A DNA stretch of 45,008 nucleotides. Source: Lenisia limosa (taxonomy: Eukaryota; Protista; Breviatea). The notes under the pieces were generated by a model. It had not been told where the DNA came from. It worked only from the letters and a program-made list of their open reading frames with translations, and made no database searches. The stretch spans positions 1 to 45,008 of the forward strand of contig LPNZ01009396.1 of NCBI GenBank assembly GCA_001655205.1, written 5' to 3'. Position numbers and translations under genes: made by a program. Positions 10,873 through 22,947 of the stretch are shown here, in pieces. Numbering within the stretch: position 1 is the stretch's first letter; every line of letters begins with the position of its first letter.

Positions 10873-11110
10873 TGTTCAAATGTAAAAAAAACTGCTTTAC
10901 TGGTATACTTTCACTTTGCAGCACAAATCCCGGATATATGAATATATAATAATACTATTATAATAATCAGTATCCAATGAATTTGCCAAACAAAAAAATT
11001 CGAAAAACACTGGATGGACAATCAAAAAAATACAATTTTGCGGTCCACATTAGGCAAGTTCACATGTTTTCTTCCCCTGCTTCCCCATCCAAATTGTTTA
11101 CAAATGACCC

Positions 11111-11120
11111 TATATAAATA
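11111..11120 (+). promoter_or_regulatory. Candidate TATA box in the divergent promoter upstream of the DECR2-like gene
   Basis: TATATAAATA about 125 bp upstream of ATG 11244, inside a 370-bp head-to-head intergenic region. Based on position and consensus only. Confidence 0.35.
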
Positions 11121-11243
11121 CTAGGTCTCAACGAGGAGGTATAGAATATATTGGAACAACTCACAATTCACATCTTCGCTTCAACAGCTTAGAACTTAGC
11201 CCCGTGATCCCATGATACTTGAGCCCCGGTTTTCTCATTAACA

Positions 11244-12752
11244 ATGCCAGAGGAGACCATAAAAAGTCAAATATTCTCCCCAAATATCTTGGTAAGATGT
11301 ACACGGTTCTTATCATTTATACTTACATAAATATCTTGGTAAGATGCACACGGTTCTTATCATTTATACTTACATAAATATGGAACTATACACAATTTGC
11401 TGTGTTATGAATGATATAGTGACAGTCAGGACATAGGAAGTTGATAGGAACTGATACCATTTCAGAATGGACAAGTTGCCATAGTGACAGGTGGAGGAAC
11501 TGGTATTTGTAAGGGTATCGCAGGTATGTCACTTGGTAAATGGCCGAATTGCGGTTCAGGGACATGACATTTCAGAGGAGCTCCTAAAACACGGGTGTAG
11601 AGTTGCCATTTTTGGCCGAAGGGAGAATGTGCTCTCCGAGGTGAGGACAACTCTCAAAAAATTACATATTAGACTGCAAAAGAATTATCAAAGAAAACAG
11701 GTATGACTTGTTTGGCTGTAGCTTGCGATGTCAGAAGCACTGATATGGTGAAAAAAGGTGGTTTTCAAAAAGTTGAAATAGAGCACTTACCCCTCCAGGA
11801 GTGACTATAGTGGCCAACGAATTAGGTCCTGTTGATATTCTGTTAAATGGTGCGGCTGGTAACTTCCTGATACAGGCACACAAGATGGTAAGCCTTTATA
11901 AATAAAAAGGAAGCAAATTGATGAGGCATGTTATTCAGACTAATTTCAAGGTCTCTTGCGTTTAACAATGTGCATTATTTACTGCTCATGTTCCGAATTT
12001 CTCAAACCGCTTTTTGCGCCACAGTTACACCAATCCTACAGAGTGTCAACGCTTTCCGCACTGTAGTTGACATTGATTTGACTGGAACTTACCAAATGTC
12101 ACGTGAAGTCTACAATCAGTTTGTTGTCGTTGTATGGTATGTAACTTTTAGATGCATGGCCAATAGAGGAGGTACCATAATCAACATATCCGCAACACTG
12201 CAGTTCACAGTTTGTAAATTCCCTTAGAGTAACCTGCAGGGAACACCACTTCAGGCTCACGCGGGCTCAGCCAAGGCTGGTATCGATGCGTTGACTCTGT
12301 TGGCTCATTACAATTTTAACTCATCCACAAGGCATTTGGCAGTAGAGTGGGGACCAAGCGGCGTGACCGTCAATGCAGTGGCTCCTGGTCCAATAGGTGG
12401 GATTAATACCTTAGATTGAATCTTGTAACACCAAAGAGGGCACTGAAGGAGTACGTCGCCTTGTGGGGACTATCAAGAACCTTGACAAGAAGATTCCCAT
12501 GCAGCGACTTGGTCAGCCCGTTGACATCGCCAATTACGTCATTTACTTGGCCTCTCCTGTAGGCTACGCGATGATGCGTGCCTCTTCACACTTTAGTTTG
12601 AAAATAACCCTCGAAAATACTGATTCAACTATCACCTAACCCCATAGGCCGGAAAGTGGATAACCGGTACTGTGCAACCAGTTGACGGAGGACAACGCCT
12701 GACTGCTTCTAACCCATATCCCTATCCTGCATGTCTCAAGGCTAAACTCTAA
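11244..12752 (+). CDS. DECR2: Peroxisomal 2,4-dienoyl-CoA reductase (SDR family)
   Basis: The model splices completely in frame: [16 protein letters not shown]|[19 protein letters not shown]...[12 protein letters not shown]...[16 protein letters not shown]...[14 protein letters not shown]|[19 protein letters not shown]...VNAVAPGPI...[12 protein letters not shown]. It ends in AKL-stop, a PTS1 peroxisomal signal. Confidence 0.93.
11282..11381. repeat. 47-bp tandem duplication spanning the exon1/intron1 boundary of DECR2
   Basis: aaatatcttggtaagatg(t/c)acacggttcttatcatttatacttacat occurs twice with 1 mismatch, followed by a partial third unit aaatat. Confidence 0.95.
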
Positions 12753-12829
12753 ACCCCACTGCTTTGAATGTTATGTACTACTTAACACAATGAACAATAC
12801 AAGGTTGTTGTTTAGGAGTGCATTCAATC

Positions 12830-15800
12830 TTATATCGGACGAAGGAACCATCTGGACAATAAAAATGGTACTTTTGTAGTGAAAAAGATCAAACCCTCCT
12901 CCTACAGGATTCCGCTTTCTGTCTTATTTTTGCTACAGAAGAACTTCATTGCATCTTGGAAGTCTTTTTGGTTTGTGAAGTACTTCTTATTACGGAACAC
13001 CTTGAGGATCTGAGCGGTCAATACTGTAGTCGAATATATTCACATCAGTAAAGTCAAATAATAAAAAATCATTCTTATCTGAGAGGAAAATAGGCAACAA
13101 ACCTTCTTTGATGGCATGCTTGTGTCGCCAAGAACCTGGGAAATAAAAAGCAAAATGGTGAGCTTTAACTCGCACTGAAAAGAATGAGAACAAACCTCTT
13201 GGAACATCTCACGTGTGGGCCAATTCGGGTTGATATTTTGAATGGTTTTGGCTCGCTTGTCTGCGGTTGGCGGCGGGGTTTCGTTTCGTCTTGCTGACTA
13301 GGGGGTGATGAATTTTAACCAGGCAATAGCGAATAATGGGGAAACCTAGCAGGCAAAGGCAAAAAGAAAAAATTATGAGACTGCTGGTGGACAAAAAAAA
13401 AGGATGGATTGGCTATTCCTGATACTTTGAGGTTCTTCTTCTTTGAAGAGTCTTCGCATGGGACATCGGGAAGGTCTTCGTCCTTGTAGTTGTTCCTGAG
13501 GCGGGTGAAATATGGATTCTCTGACACTAATGAAACTATGAGAAAAGTCAGAGGTAAAGTTGTTCTGAACAACCCAGTTGACAAGAATTTCCCAAAATGC
13601 AGTGGTTTGGATATGACGCCAGAATGATTCGTTACTGTCGTACCTGAGCTGTGCATCAAGGTCTTCAAATTCGTCCATTTCACTCTAAAATATTAAAGCA
13701 GCCATACTGTTACAAAAAGTGAAAAGCAAAAATAAAAATATATATACAGGGTTTTAGGGATGCTGTTAATGACAAGCCCCCTGCCCCCAAAGCTAAGCTC
13801 CATCCTACATCACTGTTGTCAACATCAAATTTGCCATCCTTTTCGAATGACTCTATCCTTTTTGAGTATTTCTAAGAAGTAAAAAGATCAGATGATGTAT
13901 CAAGAAACAAAGGAACAAACCAAGGCATTTCTGTTGAGGTTCGAACTTTCCTCCTTCTACAACTGTGAGAAACAAGATTGTTACGAGAAATAATATGGCT
14001 GGATCAGACCGAAGCTCTCCATATTCACGTTGATAAACAAAATTAATACTTGGTGCGACTGTGTAAAGAATAAATTTGAAGCTCATCCCCAAACAATTTG
14101 TTTATCTTCTTCTTCATTGTCATCGAAGAGAGCGTCAAAATCAGCTTCCGCCTCTTCCGACTCTGAACCACTTGACTGCTCCGCTTTGCTTCAGGGTCAA
14201 GTATCAACAACATGGTTGGTGGATCACATTGCCCATTGCCACCAAGTTACCTAGATTTGGTCTTCTTAAACTTCTTTTCCTTTTTCATTTCGGTCCGGAT
14301 CCTAAAGAGTCACCACTGTTCAATCCCTAGGTTTTATTTGAAACATTTTAGCACTCAAACAAAAAACAAAACAAAAAACAAAACAAAAAGGCTTTCTGGT
14401 AACAAATTTTAAGCACCCATTGCATGTCCAACCCCAAACAAACTTTGAGAATTCGGTGTCACTCGGCTCTGAACTATAGAAATTATGGATGGTCGTGCTG
14501 TATATTATTCAACTCACACAGAAAGAAAATTGTTCCAACTATCATCCTCTCAAAAAGACCCACATACACTGCATCGCTGTCTCCAAAAAGATCTTCATCA
14601 TTTACCTCATCATCACTGAGAATCTGGCTGGTAAGACTGGTTGTGAAGAATGAAGATACCCAGTGTTATCCCTCCAACAGCATCTTCTTCCTTTTGTGAT
14701 TTGACAAGAACGGTCTGGGTGAGCTGGGTGATGGACTGCGCTTTCGGTCGGGCTAAGGGCTGCGAAGTGAGGATTTTAATTTTCTTGTCATGTTATCTTT
14801 GGCGGAATGGAAATGTATATCATATATCATATGATATGATATGTCATATGATGAAATTGCAAATACAGAACCTCTCTTCAACTTACCGTAGTTGAAGCCT
14901 CATTAACTTCGACATGCTGTGATTCATAACCTGCCATCGACTCACGTGACGCTTTAATCTGCCCTGTAGTGTGTGAACGAAGCCACAGGGACAGCATATC
15001 AAAATTATAACATTATACATTCCCACCAGCAAGCCAGTCTTCCATGGCCTTTTTGTTCCGTGATGCAGCCTAAACAGTAACAATCAATAGCATTATGCAA
15101 TACCTTCATAATGGCCTCTGCTTCATCCACTGAGAGAATGTTGTTCTTTTGCACCTTCTTGAAATTATACCATTCATCAACAGGAGTTACACGAACGGTA
15201 CCATCGTTCTAAAGATGAGAATTCTCAAAAAGAGTTCCTACAAGGACTTGGAAAAGACAGTAGTTAGCAGATAGTCCGCCTTCAAAGTTGCCTTCGTACT
15301 CAGTCTGAATAGTCAGAGACGTANNNNNNNNNNNNNNNNNNNNNNNNNNNNNNNNNNNNNNNNNNNNNNNNNNNNNNNNNNNNNNNNNNNNTTGAGCTCC
15401 CACTTTTTACCCAGCTCCCTTCTTCGATTCTGCCAAATTAGGCAGAAATTGACAGCATACATTTCATATAAAAAATGAAGGAGTTTGTAAAGTCTGAAAG
15501 TTGATACTATGTTCACTCCNNNNNNNNNNNNNNNNNNNNNNNAAAAGATGATTCGTAAAGATGTTCTCTTTTATTATAATGAGAGTTTTTATTGAAATCC
15601 AAGTTAACTGTTCGAACTTAGTTGACAATCTCCCCCCCTCCCACGCAGTCAAGACCTCTGGTTCTTTCTCCTCCTCAGCCTCGCGTTGGCATACAATTGG
15701 CTCCGGAAGTTCAAGGTCGCTCCTCTCTTGGGGAAACCTGGGAGGTAGGTGTGGGTGAGCCGCCCGAAGGATTGTTTAAATTAACGTCACGATATCAATC

Positions 15801-16871
15801 ATAATAGCAACAACAACATAACCAACAAAAAAAGCAACAATTAATTGTGATATTTTAACAAAAAGTTTACCCCTCATCTCACCTGCAAATGTAGTTCTTC
15901 AAGTTCTTTGTTGACTGTAGGTTGAGCTGGAAGGTCTACAGTGTAAGTCGGGGGTAAGCTGAGGAGGGGGAGGGTCCTACGCTAAATTGCTGGCTTGGGC
16001 TCTGTCCAATTGCCTCTTCAATAGTCATGAATATGTCCTTAGGGGCCGGTTCAGGGAAGGACAGACCATCTCCATCCTCCCAAACACCAGCAATTGGCTC
16101 TGCACTGCCGGCATCGGTAATAACTCCCTCCATGACTAAAGGGGAAGGATGAAATTCCAACAGTTAATGTTGATGGTGACCATTAAAAGGGTGTATAAAA
16201 TTATACGCCTCCTCGATTAAACAAAGCCTAGTCAAATATTACCAAAATAAATGCTGAATAAGAGTCATTCTATGGTGCTGCTTGCTCACTAGTTCACTCC
16301 AAAGAGGAAGAAAAGGAGCAACCGTGATAGTTTTGGTCAGACTGCCTCCGCTCGTTGTTTTGTGTTGCTGCGTTCTGTGGTGTGTTGTTTTTTGGAAGAG
16401 GAGCGGAAAAAGCCGGAAAAAGTGGGAAGAGCAAAGTTAAGTATAAACTACCCTGTGTTTGGTGGCTGGAACCTGATAGATTGGAATCTAGACAATCCTG
16501 ACAAGAACCAGCAAGAAACTGAACAACATAGAAACAATAAAGAAGGAAGAGCAGAAACCGAGAAGAAGGCACCCACTCCCCCTCCCAATAATCAATCAGC
16601 AACATGTGGAGAACCCTTCTTTTCCTCGCTCTGTGGTTGGTCTTTTGCTTGTCTTTTGGCTTCTATCTTTCCCTCCTGACATCCCACTGATTTCAACGTA
16701 CAATCTCCCCCCCTTTTTTTTCCGCGAATATGTATTTGTTTGTTCCTAATTATGCAGCAACCTGGCTTGGGCCCAGCTGATGCTTGGGACTGTGGGGACT
16801 TTGAAGGGTGCTTTTGAAGTGTCAACTGATCCGGACGCACCCGTTTTGAAGGTTTGTCTTTGCCTTTCCAT
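12830..16871 (-). CDS. GTF2F1: Transcription initiation factor TFIIF large (alpha/RAP74/Tfg1) subunit; 5' end uncertain (well supported from about 16150)
   Basis: Dimerisation-domain segments TFQLNLQSTKNLKNYICRFPQERSDLELPEPIVCQRE and EYEGNFEGGLSANYCLFQV...NDGTVRVTPVDEWYNFKKVQKNNILSVDEAEAIMK. Acidic centre (LSDDEVNDEDLFGDSD, DSEEAEADFDALFDDNEEED). Winged-helix-like C-terminus ...LTAQILKVFRNKKYF...ILWFLRPI-stop. Exons between 16150 and 16871 are low-complexity and tentative. Confidence 0.78.
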
Positions 16872-17509
16872 TGATAGAAACTATCTAGATTTGACAAGTA
16901 GTATATCTTTTGCGCTATGATGTAGCATCGTCTGTTTTGACTCTATCCGTTCTGATTCCTCTAGGGAGAGTATGACAGTGCTGCTATGCAAGCTGGTGCG
17001 GGGGGTCTAGAGTTCCCACTTTATTTGATTTCTTCACCCCCACCTGAAGAAGAAGTGCCTCATATTTTCTTGTTTTAACCCATACATGTTCCATGTGTAA
17101 TTTCTTCGACATCACACGATTGGTTTTTATTTTTTTAGAAAAAAATTATCTATCGGCACTTAAAATTTTCTTAAATAAAAACCAATCGCGCTCTAAGAAA
17201 CTAAAAGGACTACAAAGGGAATGATATTTTTGAGAAAAAGTCTTAAATTCTTTATTAATTCTGATCATGAAAGACAGTGATGCCAAAATTTAGAATCGCT
17301 ACCCAAAATAATGTGTTGTCATTTTCATGATTTCCTATGACATCCCCTTTCAAGTCTTCAATTTTTCCTCAGCCTTTTGGCCCTAAAAAACAGCAGATAC
17401 TCTTACTTGCACTCATCTCACTTGACAGTGATGTCGGTCAGTGTTGTGAGACGCAGTATTTCGCGGCCTGGTATCGTCTTGGATATCACCTCAATGCCAA
17501 GAACGGCTG

Positions 17510-18899
17510 ATGCTTCAATTAAGGTGGGCACATGTGGCGAGAGATACTCTCCTCATAATGTACAGATGGGTTGTTTCTCTTCCATTTGCACACAACATTT
17601 TTACTTACACGAACCAGTTTATCTCAACAAACGTTGATATCTGTACTGTCTCTCTCAATGGCATTGTTGTTAATGAGTTTGAGGCATATTGTCAAACCAC
17701 TGAGCAAACAAACATTCAGGTGAGTGCCGTTCAAAGGTATTTTTATCCTTTCTATTTCATTTTTTTGACAATCAGGCATGCGTTGGTACCATTTGTGGCC
17801 CAACTTTCCTCTTTACGGTACGTTCAACGGAGACTGTGTGGTGTTGCATCTGCTTGCTTATTCTTAAGGTTCCGAAGATTGGCATTGTGTCGGTGAGCAT
17901 CCTGGTTGTAAGTAACGTTTTTGGACTGTATTCTGTATTATGCGGCTGAATACGAGAGCTTTCATTGTCATAGTGATATTTTAATTTCACCTGCAGAGAG
18001 CAGCGACCGCAGGCGGCAACCCAGTTTGCCAGGGTGGTGCGGGTTCTTTCTCCTGGCCCGCGGGAGATTGGACATTTGAGGTTTGTTCTGATTCCAAGTA
18101 TTGACCTCTTTCAGCATTGGGGCAAGCCCAAAGCCGGGGCTACAGGGACTTACTTTTCCATCTTCGGAACAGCGCTCAATTCACCATGCACCACAGTTGA
18201 CGAGTGCTATCATACCCTTTTCCAATGGAAAAAAACATCAGTAGGATCCGTTTTGCTTGGCTTATTCTTCCAGAGCACACAAGCCCTTTTCCACTTATAC
18301 GTCAATGGTGTGAAGTTCTCAACTGACATCGTTACCGCTATACGTAGGTCTTGACTCGTGAATCTTAATAGACAGCCTATGGAAACTGGATACATACAGC
18401 AGTCACCTACGATAGTTCCACCAAGGTTGGCCTACTTCCAGGATTGTTTTCTGAATACATCGCAACCCTATTTCCACTTTAGGAAGCAAAAGTGTATCTT
18501 GATGGTGCTGTGTTCCAAACCATCGCTGATATGGCATCCCCAGTCGTTGGCGAAGTTGTAAGTGTCCACATGCCCTTATTGTCTTAGGAGATCGTTCCAG
18601 TGACGCATTACCAAAGTACTGGCGGCAACGTTTCCTATGAGTCCATGAAAGGGCTTATCGCAGGGGAAGAGTTTTCTTATGTAAGTCCATCATTTATTTC
18701 ATCCGTCAGATTCGATTTTACAACTCCACCTTCCTTGACAGTGATATTTCAAGCCTTATTGCTGCTAAAAAAGTCTATGAGGTTCGTGTTTGAAGGTGTC
18801 TCATTTTCCTAGCCTGCTCACAAAGACAACATGATTTTCGAGTTTATGCCTGGCTCAGGGGAGACCTATACCCAAGATGTTGAGTACTCCACATTCTAG
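17510..18899 (+). CDS. LamG-like (concanavalin A/pentraxin-type jellyroll) domain protein; start codon uncertain
   Basis: Spliced exons give GDWTFE|HWGKP...FHLYVNG...YGNWIHTAVTYDSSTK|EAKVYLDG...MKGLIA...IRFYNSTFLDSDISSL, matching the Laminin_G_3-type pattern (WTxExW, WxHxAVTYD, xVYxDG, xRxYN). Confidence 0.7.
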
Positions 18900-19005
18900 T
18901 GTGTGCTGCGGTTTAATATAGTAGTACATTGTAGATTATCATATGAAAACATAACAAGGGGGAACATAAAATCAGAGAAAACGGTTACCATAAACACGTT
19001 GCACA

Positions 19006-22000
19006 TTAATTATTAATGGCAACGAAAGACGTCCTTGACGAATAGGAAGAACTATACACAGTCGGCGGACGGAAGTTGTCGGTAATGTCCAGTGGCTCGT
19101 CCTCGTCATAATCCTGGTCCACTGTGGAGTAATGCCACCCTTTTGTTCTATACGACAAACCTTTTGGGTCCGGCGGCAGCGTTATTCCAAATCCGCGCGA
19201 CGCAGGAAAGTCCATTTCATCAATGCCCTCAATGTACTCTGACGTGTACGCCGGGTATTCCGTCGGATCATTTGACCGCGGAGAGGGGTCTTGAGCCTCA
19301 TCCCATGCAATATCGGTCTACACAATAAGCCAAGTCTCCACGCGCCTACTTTCGGAGCTTTGGACTTGCGTCGCCTCTCACGAGGACGCAGCACGCCACT
19401 TGTTGCTGATACGCCACCTCCGCCCACTGTGCGCGTGACTGACGTTGGTTTGGGCTTGGCGGGGGTACCGATTCGGAGGGTGTAGATGAACCTGAGAATT
19501 AACACAAATCAAAAGCTGCGAATAGAAAGCAGTACAGAGTAGTAGATACAGTATGGTTCAGTAATTATCGCTCCCATCCATTACAATTCTCGGTCAGGCG
19601 CAGCATTTTATCATCTGCACCCCCCCACAACCAAACACAACATACACCAACATAATACCCTCCCCTCCCCCACCTATAAAATACATATTAATTTAATCCC
19701 CCACCCGGCCAATGTGAGCAGCACTGTGATCACCGATATCCAGAGCGAAACGGGCCAAAACTGATTTGTCCAATAGCCTTCGGGCGGGTCAATATTCATG
19801 CCCCACAGGCTGAATTGTTAGTAATGGAACTTGTTTTATACAATATGAAAAGCAAATGCTATGTCATATGACTAGAGAAGCTGAATGTTTGTGCGAAACT
19901 TTAAGATTGAATGCCACCAGATATATCCTCCTACATACCCTGAGAGATAGGTTCCAAAGTTGACCGTCAATGATACCATTTCCAGGTTAATTTCAACCAA
20001 CAACATTTTGTTTCGAACACTAAACTTATGAAAAACAATTATTTTCGTACTTATCCAAAGACGCCTTGACCAAAGTATCCATTCCCTCCATTTCACCAAT
20101 GAGAATCTTCAAATCATTGAAAACCACCTGGGGATGTGAAGAAATGGCCTTCTCAATTATCTCATCTTTCATACTAATTCTGATACAGCACGATACTCTA
20201 AAACTGCCAACCTCAGTTGCGTTGGAATACGTCTCCAAGAGTTCCTCAAAAGCCTCCTCATCTTCCGCGTTTCTTTCAGGACTATTTTGTGAGGCAAATT
20301 CACATTTAATTACAAGCATCCCCGCAAACACTTCAGGCGTCCGATCCAGCAAATGAGTAATACAAAGATACTGGATATCCTCAGGTTCGTCAAGATAGGA
20401 GTCAATGCTAATATAGTTAGAATTGACCGTTGTTATGTCTGTGTATTATATTTTCGGCCATGAAACAAAGCGAGAAAGTAGTAAAGAAGCTCAACATCCC
20501 TCATACGTGACCATAATTTCTTCAACAGTATTGGTGAAGTCGACAACTCTAAATACTTAACAAAGATGAAAGCTATATTATACCTGGTGTCTACATTATA
20601 GTTACCTGTGTACCCAAAATATACATCACAAGCTGATATGTCAAAAACCCATTTGTGAGCATCCAACAAACTTGGATCTGATCTCATAGAGCTTTTGAAG
20701 GTCCTCTTCTCTGACTCGTCGTTTGAGTGAATGTAACAGTTTACGAGTACCCACGCTCAGCGCCTGCGACTCCTGGACAATCCAGGCCGTCTTCAGTGTC
20801 ATACAATGTTTTACCGTGGTGTGGTGTGGGTACAAGATGACCGATATAAAAGCCACAGCACCAAACGATAGGATAATAGTACATTTGACATAGTTCCCTC
20901 CAAACCAAATAGTCCAGAATTGTGTCGATGACAATGAGTTCGAAAGGGAAACTTTCAAAGTTGGGGTCATTCTAAAGCGTTACGACTGATGGACAAAAAT
21001 TTAAACTAAATTGTTTTAAATAGATTTGGATGCACGCAGCCCTACTTCCAACCATTTTGGACGACACGAGGCTGATGTGGTCGAAAATGACATCATGAAG
21101 ATCCACTCGATGGGGCGGAGTGAAGAAGAACACGTCATTTGGTGAGACCACACATTTGATATGCTGGAATCGTAAGCGATACAAATCCCATCGTTAAACA
21201 AACCGGAACAACAAAGAGAATGACATCGGATCGCGTGATCAACGCGGGTGCCTGGGTACATCAAAAAAGAATCAATTTTATTCGCTCAGTGTGCCAATTT
21301 CCAAGTCTTGAGTTATGTCACGAAGAATGGTGTCCAAACCCCCCTCTCAAAGAAGGTCCTTTTTTGTCTCATGGGTTTGTGCAACCCTCTAGTTTGGCGC
21401 ATATGTATGTTCACGTTGATGTTCTCACCTGTCGTGGTAAGGCCTCTTCGAGCAGCCGGAGATCTCGAGGGTGGATGCCAAAACGAGCACACGCGCCTCT
21501 TTTTGTCAGATCTACGCGATAAAGGGAGATAGAAGATGACACACCCTTCTCATTGTCCATTTTCCATAACACCTATCTCCCCAAAAGCTCGCAGTGACCC
21601 ACAGATTTCTTCTGTTGATCCGTCAAGAGACACGCGTACACACCAAAGCTTCCGCATCTAATGAGGGAATAAGTACACACCAAAGCGCATCTAATGGGGG
21701 TTCACATGTAGATGTGGGAATAAGTATACAAAGATTAGCTCCGTAAACTAATGGAAAATAGACAGTTTTCTCTAACCAAAGCCTCCACATAACATGTTAT
21801 CAAATAATAATAATATGTTTTCATTTGCCCTCAAGAACCAACACATAGCTTACTGCGCATCNNNNNNNNNNNNNNNNNNNNNNNNNNNNNNNNNNNNNNN
21901 NNNNNNNNNNNNNNNNNNNNNNNNNNNNNNNNNNNNNNNNNNNNNNNNNNNNNNNNNNNNNNNNNNNNNNNNNNNNNNNNNATTTCTGAATGGTCACAAC

Positions 22001-22070
22001 TTAAGGGCAGAAACGGAACATACCCTCCTGTTGAGGTGGGTCCGCCCAAAAGGGGCGTTGTTTCAGCCAT
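19006..22070 (-). CDS. Mrs2/CorA-family (2-TM-GxN) Mg2+ channel
   Basis: ARFGIHPRDLRLLE motif. SVRNKMLLVEINLEMVSLTVNFGTYLSG spliced to LWGMNIDPPEG, with the GMN signature at 19794-19802, followed by a second TM helix and an acidic C-terminal tail. N-terminus MAETTPLLGG. The gap at 21862-21980 hides an exon. Confidence 0.88.
21636..21696. repeat. Imperfect tandem duplication that duplicates a 3' splice site in the Mrs2-like gene
   Basis: gtacacaccaaagc(ttcc)gcatctaatg occurs at 21636 and 21673. On the - strand both copies read cattag|ATGCG. Confidence 0.85.
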
Positions 22071-22947
22071 GGTAAGGGCTTGGCGTCAGATTTAGGCCGT
22101 GTTTACACACTGTTGAATAATATCATTGTGGATGACGGGAATTGAATACTCATTCTTGGAGGAATAAATATGCTATTATAAAAAACATCAATGTAGTTCA
22201 ACAGAATGTGCTATAATATTATATCTTGGCCTTTTAAAAGGTTAAAGAAAGAAAAATTTGGAGATTTGACCCGAATACCTGAAACCTGAAGTAAAAATCA
22301 TATGCATGCCTAACAAAAGATTATTTTCTGCTCCCTATGTTATTGTGATACTATTCCACACATACCTCCTCAGAAAAAACTGGGGGAGAGACGACTGAGT
22401 ATATTGTGAATCAAAGTCTCATTGGAGATAGTGGAGCCAAATAGTATACAGTTACACCTTTCTTGTGGTGGTGTCTTTGCTTGCTCGCTTCCTGGTTGCT
22501 GGGTAGCTAACAAATTGTCACAAAAAATACGGGTATAGGTAAAAACAAAAAATAATAATAAAAAAAAGGTTGGAACTGTGGTCCGCTTGCGCTTCTAAGA
22601 ATAAACTTAACCGCTAGTTCTAATCCGATTCCGGCCGTTTTTTTTTGTTCTTTTTCCACCCCCCCCCCTAGGGATGAANNNNNNNNNNNNNNNNNNNNNN
22701 NNNNNNNNNNNNNNNNNNNNNNNNNNNNNNNNNNNNNNNNNNNNNNNNNNNNNGAGGAGTGACAAATACGGATCGAAGAATATCACCGAGGAGGTATATC
22801 ACTCCTTGGGAATATCACGAGAAATAGTGTTGTTATATGTTGCACAAAACACAAATGACCCCTGTCGCAATTAAATTAGAATAAATAGATAATAAAAAGA
22901 GCAAGGTTGTCAATTAGAGCCCGGAGAAACAAATGAAACACTGGCCT

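Noticed and set aside
22575-22650. GC-richer stretch with GTTCTAATCC followed by a T-run, resembling a Pol III gene
   Set aside because: The B-box is imperfect, there is no proper A-box and no cloverleaf; more likely promoter or 5' leader of the Mrs2-like gene.
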